Positions 12,777-26,700 of a DNA stretch of 64,000 nucleotides are shown piece by piece. The notes beneath the pieces are model-generated. The model did not search any database and had not been told where the DNA came from. It saw only the letters and a list, made by a program, of their open reading frames with translations. Origin of the DNA: the human T2T-CHM13v2.0 reference genome, Homo sapiens. A program made the translations under genes and the position numbers. Position 1 is the first letter of the stretch. The number at the start of each line of letters is the position of its first letter. The stretch lies in assembly GCF_009914755.1 (NCBI RefSeq), contig NC_060927.1; one strand, given 5' to 3'.

Positions 12777-14338
12777 TCATCTATGATTTTTAATACAACA
12801 TTTACTGTCTTCTTCAAGCAGTTCTAGTCATAAACGTTACAATTAGTCTCCTTCAAATTACAGATGTGACTTATTTAGTTTTAAACACACCAAGACATGC
12901 AGCACTTTAGATAGATTTACTCTTCAGTTCAGAGGAAAGAAGAACTGGACTTTGATCCATTACCACTGTGCCAGGAATTGATTTTAGGGAAGGATATGTG
13001 ATTATGGGATAGAATGTGAATGGGGGCCGTTTGGGCCGACCTAGACTCTGATTCTCCATTTGTGTGTGGTGCGGCATGAGTGACGCGGGGCGTGAGGAGT
13101 GCTTCATAAGATGTAAAAAGAACTGATTGATTTATCGATCTAAGGAAGACAGTCTCCTTGACGGAGACATGCAGTCAAACAGTGGCAGGATGCACTGCTA
13201 AAAGCCCTCCAGATTGATTACCCTACCTGGCACCTGATCCCTCATCACTGTGGCAGGTGAAGAGTTCTGGAAATGTACTCACAGCTGCATTAATAAGATA
13301 GGAGGCGAACAAACAAGGAAACGTGGGTCAGGCAAGGTTCTGACAGAGGAAAGGGTTTTCCACTGCTCTGAATTCCCTCAAAATGGAAAGTCTCTCAAAC
13401 CGTGTGAAACACACAGGCTGAAAATGAGACAAAATAGCTAATCGAGCTGAAAATGCGTGTGGCAGCAATGACACCTCTGGGTTCTGAAGTTCTGTGATTT
13501 GGTTTTCCCATCTGTTACTGCTTCTAAAATTTGACAATTCCTGTTTGAATACTTATGTAATTAGAAAATGCTTTGGAAATAGTGTACTAAATGACACACC
13601 TGGTATAATTTGCAAAACACTTCTTTTAGCCATGCTAGAGAATCTCCACACACAAACATCGTGCATCCTACCATGTGGATCAATAAGAAAACTTAAAAGC
13701 CACACATATATGCATCACAGAAGTGATCTTTATACACACACTCTTAGCAAGTCATTGCCAAAGATCAAACGCCAGGTGATAATCAGGGAAGGCATCTAGC
13801 TAAGACTGGACAAAAATAGTACGGGTAAATAAGTCAATTATAATGCTGTTGAAAGAAGATATTGATGTTATCACTTTTTCAGATGACTGGTGTTGTCTGT
13901 GACAGGTAGAGTCACACCCTTTTAAAAGGAGACTGTTCAAAGCCTTGACGTGTTAAAAGAGAAATTAGTCTGCACCAAATCCTGAAAGAAAATGAGAGTT
14001 TTGGCATAATGTGTATTTGTTTAAAAGGATGAAAGTTGTAGCTACAGATGTGAAGCATTAAAAATGTTATTTCAGAATTTCTAGCACTAAAATTTAAACT
14101 GTAGAATTTAGGAAATCAGAGCTAGAGAGACTAGAGAATTCTCTATCCCCTTATTTTACCTATGAAAGTTTTCTGATAGGTAAGTAAGCCCCAGATATGT
14201 TAAAGAATTTGCACAAGTCCCACCATATGTCAGTGAAGAAGGAGATGGGATTTGAACCCAGTCTCCTGATTTCTCCGCTATATTATGAATGTATATTCAA
14301 CCTCTTCCCTTTTCTTAGATATTCCTATCACTTTTTAA

Positions 14339-14773
<435 letters not shown>

Positions 14774-15086
14774 TCTTTTGCTTTTAAAGTCTACTTACAT
14801 AATTAACTAGCTAGTCAGAACCCAATTGAAATAGGCCTCTGTTCTCACCTGGGAGATGATAACATCACAGATGGACACCCACCATCATCCTAGAAAATGT
14901 ACCCTAACTTTCAGTGTGGTACCACAGACTGAAGGGATGACCTTGGGAAGAGAAAGGACCATTAAAGCAAAACTAATTTCCTAGCTTCACGGAAATAAAA
15001 TCTGGCAAAAAGAAGCAAACAGTTTATCAACCATAATTTTAGAGAGGGATAGGGACACCGAGTTAGATCTTTGAAGATAGGGCTTC

Positions 15087-15119
15087 ATCGTTTCTCAGCC
15101 TTTTGGCTAAGATCAAGTG
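15087..15119 (+). pseudogene. RNU2: 3'-truncated (tailless) U2 snRNA retropseudogene, U2 nt 1-33
   Basis: atcgtttctcagccttttggctaagatcaagtg versus U2 5' end ATCGCTTCTCGGCCTTTTGGCTAAGATCAAGTG (2 mismatches); flanked by tgaagatagggcttc (15072-15086) / tgaagataatgcttc (15118-15132). Confidence 0.92.
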
Positions 15120-15189
15120 AAGATAATGCTTCAGATGGAGCAACGGTTCCATCAGGCAGTTACATAACCTACTGAATACTCCTTCTGCA

Positions 15190-15467
15190 CAAGGGGTTTT
15201 TAACATGGGATCTGTGGACTGGATAGGAAAAAAATTACATCAGTGTTCTCATTAAGCACTAAATAAATTCATTCTTTCTCTCAATTATGAATGTATTCAA
15301 CAAACTGTGATATAGTGTTAAAATTAACCATGATCTTATCCTTAGTAGAATCACAGATATTTTTGTATTGCACTAATTTGGATGTTGCAGATTTTCAAAA
15401 TGTAATTTACACTCTTCTCTATTTTGAAGTTATAGCATAATCGAACCTACTTCTACATCTTGTTATT
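15190..15467 (+). mobile_element. MER113-like hAT-Charlie element, left part
   Basis: caaggggtttttaacatggga...aaaaaattacatc...tcaattatgaatgta...gaatcacagatatttt...atcttgttattt matches the recalled MER113 5' half. Confidence 0.7.
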
Positions 15468-15574
15468 TAGTATACCTTCCCTATCCATGGTACGTGTTCC
15501 CTAGTTGCAGTTACCCGTGGTTAACTGCAGTCCAAAAATAGGTGAGTACAGTACAATAATATATTTGAGAGAGG

Positions 15575-15632
<58 letters not shown>

Positions 15633-15868
15633 CAGAGAGCGAGCACACACAACTGCGTTCACACAACTTTTATTTCAGTATGTTGCTATAATTCTTCTAC
15701 CTTGTTATTAGTTGTTAATCTCTTACTGTGCTTAAGTTATAAATTAAGCTTCATCATGGGTTTTTATGTATAGGAAAAACAGTATACATAGAGTTCAGTA
15801 CTATCCATGGTTTCAGGCATCCACTGGGGTTCTTGGAATGTACGGCCTGTAAATAAGGGGGTTATATA
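15468..15868 (+). mobile_element. MER44A (Tigger-derived) DNA transposon
   Basis: cagttacccgtggttaactgcagtccaaaaataggtgagtacagtacaataa...tttcaggcatccactgggg...ataaggggg; internal GA tract expanded. Confidence 0.85.
15567..15640. repeat. (GA)n microsatellite within MER44A
   Basis: Imperfect gagaga run seen directly. Confidence 0.95.
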
Positions 15869-18800
15869 ATATTAGTATACTTTCCTAATACTAAGTATAA
15901 TTATATACTTTCTAAATATAGTATGCCCCATGGATATCTGGTTTGCTTCCAGTTTTTGATTATTATGAATAAAGCTGCTATGAACATTTTTTACAGGTTT
16001 TTGTGTGAACTTTTCATTTCTGTGGGAAAAAAATGTCTTGGAGTGCAATCACTCGGTCATATGGTGATGTCATGTTTTGTTTTGTTTTTGTTGTAAACTA
16101 CCAAATTGTTCTCCAAACTTTAGGACGTTTTTTATTCCCTCCATCATTGTGTGAGCAACCAGTTCCTCCGCATCCTCATCACCAATTTGGTGTTCTCATA
16201 TTTTAAAAAGTAGTAATTCTCATGGCTATAAACTGATATTTCATTGTGATTTTAACCTGTATTTCCCTAAATATATTAAACATCTTTTCATGTGATTATT
16301 TTCCACCTGTATTGTATATCTTCTTCAGTGAAATGTTTGTTCCTGCCTTTTGACCATTCTCTAATAGGATTTTTTTTTTCTTTTACTTTTGAAATTTGGG
16401 AATTCCTTATGTGTTCTAGATAGTAGTCGTTTGTAGAATATGGGGATTTTTTTTTCTCCAAGTCTATAGCTTGTCCTTTCATCCTCTTGCTAGGGCCATT
16501 TGCAAAGATAACAAAATTAATTTAACTGAGGCGAAATTTGTCACTTTTTCCTCTTATGGATTGCGCTTTTGGTGTCAACTATAAAAATTATTTGCCTAGC
16601 CCTAGATTCCAAAGATTTTATATGTTTTGTTTCTTAAAAGGTTTATAGCTTTATATTTTATAATTAAGTTTGTGATTTTGAATTAATTTTCGCATAAGGT
16701 ACAAGGTTTAGTTTGAGGTTTGTTTCATTTTGTTTTAATTTTTTGGACTATGAATGTCCAATTGCTCCATGATCCATTTATTGAAAAGTGTATTCTTCCT
16801 CAATTTGTAAAATTTTGTTAAATTCAGTTGAGCATATCTCTGGGCTATTTTTTTCTGTCTTACTGACCTATGTGTCTGTCCTTCTGCCAGTACCATACAG
16901 CTTTGATTACTATAGCTATCTAATGAGCCTAAAAACAGGTAGACTGACTCCTTCTATTTGTTTTTATTTTTCAAAATCGTTTTGGCTACTCTGTTTTTTT
17001 TTTTGTCTTCCTATGTAATGTTTAGAATAATATTGTCTATATCCACAGAAAAATCTTTCTGGGATTTCTATAGGAATTGCATTAAACCTGTCTACCAATT
17101 TGGGGAAAATCGACATATTCACTACGTGAAGTCTTCATATTCATGAACATTGTCTGTCTTTTTATTCAGATATTCTTAAGTTTCTTTCTTCAGAGTTTTG
17201 TGGTTTTGAGCATACAAATTCTGAACATGTTTGGTTTGATTTACAACTACATATTTAATTGTTTAGCAATTGTAAATGGTATTTTATTTTTGATTTTGGG
17301 GCCCAAGTACACATTACTAATACATAAAAATTTGATTTTTAAAATGCTGCATTGGAATGTATATTTTTTATAGACTTGAATATGTATTACATATTTTACA
17401 ATTACAAAGTAGGATTTTTCTGGAGACAAAAAACTGTAGTCAAGAAAAAAGAAAGTTAAGCTTTGCTTGCATGCAATAATGTACAATAGGGGTGAGCTAT
17501 GTTAAAAATTATCTCTGATGGATGCTATAATGGAATAACTTAAGGACTCAAAGCTGCTTTGCTTTCAAATCTAATTATCTGTTGCAAAGTGAACATGGCC
17601 TTTAAAACTAGTTATTTTCTATGCTTTTTTTGTTTTGTTTTAAAGAAATAGCTTTCTTATTTTAAAAACAATGTCAAAATTTGGGGAAGCCAAAAGCACA
17701 AAGTAGAAAATTTATATCACCCATAATCCTACTGCTTAAAAGTAACCACAATTAATTAACATGTAGATATTTAACCTCCTAGTCTTCGTTCTGTATTAAC
17801 ATAATGTTATTATAAAAATGAGATCATCCTGTGTTTATTGTTTGGTAACAACTTTACCAATAAAAAATAAAGGTAAGATTTTTACATCATTAAGTATTCT
17901 TCTATAACACGCAGACTATAAGCACTACAAAATATTTCATTTTGCCCTTAAGAAAAAATGCACTAAATTTGAAGACAGATGAAAACAATAAATTGGTTGT
18001 GTTTATTAATGTGCCTTATCATGTAACTTGTGACTTTTTCTTTCACTTATTAGTTTTAGAAGTTTTCTTACAGATTCCTTGCAATTTTCTACATACATAA
18101 TCATACCATCTGCCAGTAGGGACAGTTTTATGTATTTTTTTTATTAATATGCCATTTATTTCCCTTTCTTGCTATTGTGCTGGCTAGAATTTCTAGTACT
18201 ATATTGAGTAAGATTGGTAAGAGCAGACATCCTTGTCTTGCTCCCAACATTAGGGGAAAATCATTCAGTCTTTCAGCAGTAAGTGCAGTGTTAACTGTAG
18301 AGTTTTGCAGATGCTCTTTATCAAATTGAGGAAATTCACCCCTATTCCTCATTATCTAAGAACTGTTATGATGAATAAGTTTTGAATCTTGTCAAATGCT
18401 TTTTGTTACATCAATTAATATGATTATATGATTTTTTCTTGTTTAGCTTGTTATTACGGCAGATTACATTGACTGATTTTCAAATATGAAATCAGCCTTG
18501 TATTCCTAAACACTTAATCATGTTGTTTAAATCTTTTCATATATTGCAAAATTCTATTCCTAATATTTTTAAAGGCATTTTGCATCTATATTTGTAAGAG
18601 ACATTTTCCTGTATTTTTCACTTTTGCACTGCTTTTGTTTGGCTTTGGTATATGGAAAACACTAACATAAAATAAATTGATATAACCTCTGTTCTCTCTG
18701 TTTTCTGGAAGAGATTTTGTAGAATTGATGTTGATTATCTATAAATATTTAGAAGTATGCTCTCATGAAATCATCTTGTCTTCAAGATTTATTTTGGGGA

Positions 18801-20164
18801 GTTTGATAATTGCAAATTCAAATTTAATAATTATAGTAGTATCACAATTTCTAATTCACATTGGGTGAGTTGTGGTAGTTTGTACTATTTGAGGAATTGG
18901 TTCATTTCATCCAAGCTGACAAATTTGTTAGTATACCCTTATCATCTTTTTGACTTCTGCAGCATCTGAAGTGATATCTTCTGTTTCATTTCCAACACTG
19001 TTAGTCTGTTCCTTCTGTTTTGGAGGGGCATGCAGTCATCAGTTTTGCTTGATGTTGGTCAAAGGACCAGTTTTTTGTTTCATTTTTCTCCTCATATTTA
19101 TTTTTTCAGTATCATTGATTTCTGCTCTGATTTGTATTATTCCTTCTTCCTGCTGGCTTTAGTTTTATAATTTTTCTGGGTTTGCCAGGGAGGAGCTTAG
19201 ATTATTGATTTAAAATTTTTCCCCTTTTCTAATGTAACCATTTAGGGTAATACATTTCCGTCTCAGCCCTACTGTAGATATGTCCCACAAGTTTTGGTAT
19301 ATTGGATTTTCATTTTAGTTCAGTTCAATGTACTTTTTCTAATTCCTCTTGAGACTTCCTCTTTGACCCATGGATTATTAAGAATGTGTTGTTTAGTTTC
19401 TAAGTGTTGGGATTTTTTTAATATTATCTTTCCATTATTGATCTCCAGTTTGATTCCACACTAGTCAGAGAAGACACTTTGTATAATTTTATTTTAATTT
19501 ATAAGGTTTGTTTTGTGGCCTAGGATATGGTCTATCTTGATATGTATTTTATGGACACTTGAAAAGAATGTGTATTTTGATGTTATTAAGAGAAATGTTC
19601 TATAAATGTTGTTTAGATCCTGTCGGTTGATACTGGTTTAAGTTCCTCAATATTATTTGTGGTTTCCCACTACTTATATGGAATGTTGAAAGGGATATTT
19701 CAGTCTCCAACTCTAATTGTGGGTTGTCTATTTCTCCTTTCACATCCATCAAGTTGACTTCATCTATTTTGCAGTTCTTTTGTTAGGCGCATACACACAC
19801 ATTTAGACTTGCTGTATCTTCTTGGTGAATTCACCTTTTTATCTTTATATAATGTTCCTCTCTATCTCTGTTAATTTTCTTTACTCTGAAGTCTACTTTA
19901 TTTAATTCTAATACAGACATTTCTGCTTTCTTTTGATTAAAGTTTTTATATTTTATCTTTTTCCATCCTTTTACTTTTAGTTTGCTTATACCATTATAAC
20001 TGAAGTGTATTTTTTTAGACGACCTACAGATAGTTCATGTTTTTAAATACATTCTGCCAATTTTTGTCTTTTAATTGATGTATTAAGCCATTTAATTTAA
20101 TGTATTATTGAAATGTTGGGGATTAGGTATAGCGTTTTATTTTTTGTTTTCTGTTTGCTCTGTT

Positions 20165-20488
20165 CTTTCTTTCTTTCTTTTTTTCTTTCTTTCTTGTTTG
20201 TTTGAGATGAAGTCCCATTCTGTTGCCCAGGCTTGAGGGCAGTGGCAGGATGATCTCGGCTCACTGCAACCTCCCCCTCGTGGGTTCAAGTGATCCTCCC
20301 ACCTCAGCCTCCCGAGTAGCTGGAATTACAGGCACACACTACCACACCTGGCTAATTTTTGTATTTTTAGAAGAGACGGGGTTTCACCATGTTGGCCAGG
20401 CTGGTCTCAAACTCCTGACCTCAAGTGATCTGCCTGCCTTGGCCTCCCAAAGTGCTGGGATTAAAGGCGTAAGCCACCGCGCCCAGTC
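20165..20488 (-). mobile_element. AluSx-type element nested in L1M
   Basis: Full dimer with (CTTT)n tail; cctgacctcaagtgatc; TSD tgctctgtt at 20156-20164 and from 20489. Confidence 0.95.
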
Positions 20489-21625
20489 TGCTCTGTTTTT
20501 TATTTCTATCTCTCCCTATCTCTTTACTTTCCTACGGGTTACTTGGATATTATTTACTTGGATATCATTTTTGTCTATAGTATTTTCAATTGCATGTCTT
20601 CATATATAATTTTTATTGGTAGTTCAATGTATTTACAATATAAACATAATTTGTCACAGTCTATCATTATCAACATTTTATTGTGAGTGAAGGGTAGCAA
20701 CTTTACCTTCCTATATGTCCCTTTACCATTTATAATCCAGCTGCCTTAAATATTTCTCCTATTCATATTGAGAATCACATCAGCAAGTGTTAAAATATTG
20801 CATCAACCATCAAATATAATTCTGAAAACTCAAGAAGTGAAGGACAATGTATTACTTTCACACATATTTTTATGCTTTATTCCCTTTTCCCTCCTAATGT
20901 TCCAAAAGTCCTTCTTTTATAATTTCCTTTCTGTTTAGTGAGATTTCTTCAGCCATTATTTTAGGGTAGATCTACAGGTCACAAATTCACTTAGCTTTCC
21001 CTCCTCTGAGAATGGCATGATTTTCCCTTCATTCCTAAAGGATAGTTTTGCTGTATATTGAATTCTGGTTTGGGAGTTCTTTTAGCATTTGAAAAATGCA
21101 TCACTTTCTTCTGGTGAGAAATCTACTATCATTCAATTTTCTTTTTCTTTATAGCTGAGGCACCATTTCTCTCTCACTGCTTTCAAGATAGTTTTTTTCC
21201 TTTAGTTTTCTGGAGTTTTACTGTGAAGTGCCTAGATATAAATTTCTCTGGGTATATCTCTTAGGGGTTTACATTAGCTTCTTTAATTTTTAGGTTTATT
21301 TCTTTTGCCAAATTTGGGAAATTATAGTCACTATTTCTTTGAAGACTTTTTCAGTCTTGCCCTTTATATCCTATTGTTTGCAAACCCCAATGTCATTAAT
21401 ATTAGATCTAGCCCCATAGGTTTCTCAGGCTCTGTGTTTTTTTTTGTTTTGTTTTTGTTTTTGTTTTTTTAAGTCATGTTCTCTCTTACTCAGATTGGGT
21501 AATTTTTATTGTTATATCATTGAGATCATTCACTATATTGTCCATTCCTTTCCATTCTGATGTTGAGCTTATTTGCTGAGTTGTATTTATTTTTGTTATT
21601 GTATCTTTCAGTTCTAAAATTTCTA

Positions 21626-22070
21626 TTTTTTTTTTACTTTGATTTTAAGATCAAGGGTACAGGTGCAGGTTTGTTACATAGGTAAACTTGTGTCATGGGG
21701 TTTGTCGTACAAATTATTTCATCACCCAGGTATTAAGCCTAGTACTTATTAGTAATTTTTTCCTGATCCTCTCCCTCCTCCCACCCTTCACCCTCTGAAA
21801 GGCCCCAGTGTGTGTTCTTTCCCTCTATGTCCATGTGTTCTCATCATTCAGCTCCCACTTATAGGTAAAAACATGTAATATTTGGTTTTCTGTTCCTATG
21901 GCAGTTTGCTAAGGATAATGGCCTCCAGCTCCATTCATGTCCATGCAAAGGACATGATCTCATTCTTTTTTATGGCTGTGTAGTATTCCATGGTGCATAT
22001 GTACCACATTTTCTTTATCCAGTCTATCATTGATGGGCATTTAGGTTGATTCCATGTCTTTGATATTGTG
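21626..22070 (-). mobile_element. L1PA (approx. PA10-13) 3' end nested in L1M
   Basis: gtacaggtgcaggtttgttacataggtaaac...gctcccacttata...ataatggcctccagctcc...gtaccacattttctttatccagtct. Confidence 0.92.
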
Positions 22071-23016
22071 TTTTTTTATCATCTTTTTTTTTTTTTTTTT
22101 TTTTTTGCTAAAGGTTTGTAGCTCTTTGCTGAGCTTGCATTTTTTCATTTGTTTCAAATGTGTTAGTAATTGCTTACTGAAGCATTTTTATAATGGTTTT
22201 TAAAAAATTATGTCAAATAATTTAACATATCTGTCATCTCACTATTGATGATTATTGATTTTTTAAAAATTCCAGTTGAGATTTTTCTGGTTCTCTGTAT
22301 AAAGATTGACTGGAACATATACATTTTGGGGTTTATGTTTGGAGACTTTGGCTCTTATTCAAACCTTCCATTTTAGTTGGCTTCTTCTGACAGTGCTTCA
22401 GCATGGAAGCAAGGAGGGGGCCTCATTACTGCCAGGTAAGGGTAAAAATCTAGTTTCTCTGCTGGGTCTCCATTGTCACTAAGAAAGGAATGGCTCTGTT
22501 ATTGCTGGGCAGGGTTGGCTGTTCCAACTGATAATCCTATGTCTGGGAGGGCTAGGAGTGCCTCCTTGCTGTTCCTCTTGTTGTTTCCACTGACAGTGGA
22601 GTGGCCTTGTTACTGCTGGGTGGTGGTTGAGAGTTCTGGCTCTCTACTAGGGAGGACACAACCTCAGTGTAGAGAGGCGGGGATACCTTGTTACTGTCAG
22701 GCACAGGCGGAGGTCCAGTCTCCTTACTCCACCTACCCAACAGGGTAGCTTGAGGCACTTCATTATTGCCTAGTGAGAGTGGAAGTTTAGGCCTTCCACT
22801 CCCTTCAGTCTTTTCTGGCCAGGGTGAAGATTGGGCCACAGTATTTTCTGTGGTGTTTGGCTGAACTAGAATAGTTATTGGCTAAAAGTTTCCTGTTTTA
22901 TGGTCTGCTCCTTTCCTGGTATTTTGGCTAGAGAGAGCCAACTTTTGCAGACACTTGTATATTTGTTGTTGTTGGTGGTGCTGCTGTTTGTTTCGTTTTT
23001 CTCTGTACCTGTTGGT

Positions 23017-23398
<382 letters not shown>

Positions 23399-23664
23399 AC
23401 CCGTTGGTATTTTTAAGTTGCTTTTAAGTTGCTGGCTTCTTCACCTACAAGTATGAGATGAATGATACAACAAACTAACAAACCCTGGGAACTCACCACT
23501 GTATCAGTCTTAAGGTTACTAACCTATCTGCCCTCCTCTCTACAACTTTCAGAGTCTTCTGTTTGTTGTACATGTAATGTCTAAGGTTTTTAGTTAAACT
23601 TAGTGGGAAAAAGAGGAAAAAGCACTCTATTTCATCTTCCCAGACATGGAAGTCTAAATTCTGG

Positions 23665-23766
23665 ATTTTTAATTTATGCATTAAGTAATTAATCTTGGAA
23701 TAGGTCCAATGTCTTCATCAAACTGACAAAGAAGTCTGTGGCACACAATAGGTGAAAGAGCCCTTC
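23665..23766 (+). mobile_element. MER113-like element, right part
   Basis: tttatgcattaag...ggtccaatgtcttcatcaaactgacaaagaagtctgtggcacac...ggtgaaagagccc matches the recalled MER113 3' end. Confidence 0.65.
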
Positions 23767-26700
23767 ACTAGGCATCCTCTCAGAATGAGTCATCCAAGCC
23801 ACTCTGCCTTTCATTCTGTCCTTAGAGCTGACGAAGCTGACCAGTTGTTTTCATAGTATTAAACCCATCCACTGTACTCTACCTGTGAGTTGAACACCAA
23901 ATGCCCATCACAATTTCTCATCCAATTCTTCTACCTGTAAGCCAGGCTCTGTCTAAATCTATATTTTGTCTGACTATGGGTAATATTGTATATTTAGTTC
24001 CCACCTACATGAATATGGGCACCAATTATGACATAAATCAAAAGTTGGACTCAAAGTCAGTGTCCCAATCCTAGATCTTACTGAGATCACTATAACATGT
24101 TGGAAAATAAAATGTAAGTAAAAAAACTTTAGTTAGTCAAATGTATTTTTTTAATCATTTTCAAGATACTAGGGTAAAAACATTCATTCCTTCATTTTGA
24201 AATAGTCACTTGCAATGAAAATAAACATCGACATGATTCAAGCTTCAAAATCAACAACTGAATCAGTAAGTTACTCTCAACCTAAGAACATGAATTTCAG
24301 TTTGGGGAAAGAAGGGTAAGCCAGATGTTGCCTATCCAGGTAATTCCTTGCATCTTTCTGCAGGAATAGAAGTTCATCAAAGCCTCACAAAAGCCTCTTT
24401 CATGCATAAGTTCTCTTAGTGCTAGTTGCACTAGCAGTGCTAAGAAGGAGAAAGAAAAAAAAGAGAAATAATAAAAAGTAGGTGGATTAAAGTAGAGGTG
24501 AAACCTTTCTTGACCAGGATGAAGCCTGTCATGCTGACTAATATTCTTTAGCCCCTAAGTGGTCTTTGCTGTCAGCTGTGGCATTCTAAAGTATTGAAAA
24601 CGAGGGTATTATTCATGGAATATATTTATTGATCTTCTCAAAATGTGGTGGGTATGAGATTTATGATTGAGAAATAGTATTAAGTAATTAATTTATTTAC
24701 TTATACAAGTGCTGATCTTGGATTCCTTGTAAATTAAATTACCTACAAGGACAGAGTCATGAAAAGGACAACCATGCATCTCTGTGTAGTTAGTAAGAGT
24801 AACTGAGTCAGGAAATATTTTGGGCCTAACAACTGGCTCACCTGACTTGGCTGGATGGCCACTCCTTAGCCATGTATAATTTTTAATAATTTGTTAATCT
24901 ATGGTTCAGATGAAGGTTTGTCCAAGTAAAAAAAAAAAGAATGTTGAAAATGGAAAAATACTAGGCAGATGTATAATTTTCCTCTATCCCACTCTTTCCC
25001 TGGGCATTGGAATTGTTTACATTGAGCAATTTGAGATACACTTAAGATTCAAGCAGTAACTTTCCCTGAACACAGGAAAAATATGGCTCCAATGTTTGAC
25101 TACAGCTGCAATCTATGGATTTAAATAACAAAGAAACTTAAAATTTAAGGGTAGGACTAACCAAAGGAAAACATGACAAATTTCCAGTTACTTATTTTCC
25201 AGAGGGGAGGTTTTACTTATTCTTACAGTGCTTCTGGATACCAGCTGACTACAGGGGTACCTGCCCCGCCATCATGCAGTCATCATTACAGTAATTCCCA
25301 CAACATCCTCAGGTTCAAGTGGCTGCAGGGTGAACGTGACTGGGCACAGATGGTCAGGGAAAAATGGAGTTGCTATGCAGATTAGCATATGAAAAAATTA
25401 GTGACCCACCCTCCTGAAGCCTGTGCCCAGCACTGCTCCCTCAGGCCTCCAGACTGGAGGACTGCAGAGGAAAGTATGTTCTTTCATATCCCTTTCCCCT
25501 CTTGGTCAGTATTGCACCTCCAAACAGCTAGGGGATAATGAGGTAAAAGCCAGAAGGACTGCTAAAAAGCATCACCAGAGAAAATGGTTTTGTGCAACAA
25601 ATATGCACGAAATGGAATTACGGCCTTGTGTTCTCCAATCACACAAAAAAGGGGACACTTGTGGAATCTTTCCTTCTTTCTCTGTGTTTGACTGACAGAA
25701 GATATTGAAGTGGCTTGATGATGAAAGGAGTGCTTAAGACTCAAAATCATAACTTTTAGTTCATTTTCAGTTATATTCAAAACTAGAGCATTATGAAAGG
25801 TAATCTCTACAACATACTCCTTCAGCGAAAGAGAATAGGGGTGACAAAACACAGGGGTAGCACAGGGATTCCTTGCTCTATGCTTCGCAGGCAGAGCACC
25901 AACCATCTCTTTGTTCTTTCTGCCCATTTTTCAGGTGATTGGGAGGAAGGCCTGAGAGGAACACAGGTCTTCTCTGTGAGTGACTCTTTCCCACAGCCCC
26001 TCCTTTTATTAAAAGCTCTGTAAATTTTCTGCAAAGCAACCATCCTTTCTTTTTACTGGCTTCTAGATCTCACTTCAACAAACAGTGAAGAAGGAGTGTG
26101 GTAGAGGAGAGAAGAAAACAAAAGGATGACAGAGCTAAGAAGGACAGAAATGAAAAGAGCATTCGTTCAGTCTGTTCTCTCATTATCGTACCTCGGAACC
26201 TTGGAAGATTCTTTTTTGAGAATTCTTTTCATTATGATGCTAGGAAAATGATAGACTGGAAAAGCCAGAAATTCTGAAATTCTATAAAACATGATCTCAT
26301 CAATAATGTATACCTTCCCTACAACTTGCAGAAAATAACATATTAAAATGTCCAATTTTAAAGAGGAAACAAGGCTGTGTGCTGTAATATTTTTCATCCA
26401 ATATCAATGCTCTTGCGCATACATAATGTGTTCCAGTGATTTCTACAGTTTCTCCCCTGACTGGCTCCCTGACTTGGATACGTATTCCTCTGTTAGAAGA
26501 GAGGAGCCCTGGGCTCTCAGTCTAACACAAAACATGCTGGGGGTTCGGGGTGGGGTTCACAGGATATCATTATTTGTAGTTTGGATATCCTCCAAGTACT
26601 TTCTTTAAGCTACCTTGGGGCTGCTCCTCCCCGTCATTTTTTCATGCTCCATTGTATAGTCAAGGTGTTGGCTTCACATTGCTCATCTGCAGTACTAAAA

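Noticed and set aside
24414-24445. Small hairpin tcttag-tgctagt/actagca-ctaaga as a possible pre-miRNA
   Set aside because: Stem far too short and no known miRNA seed context
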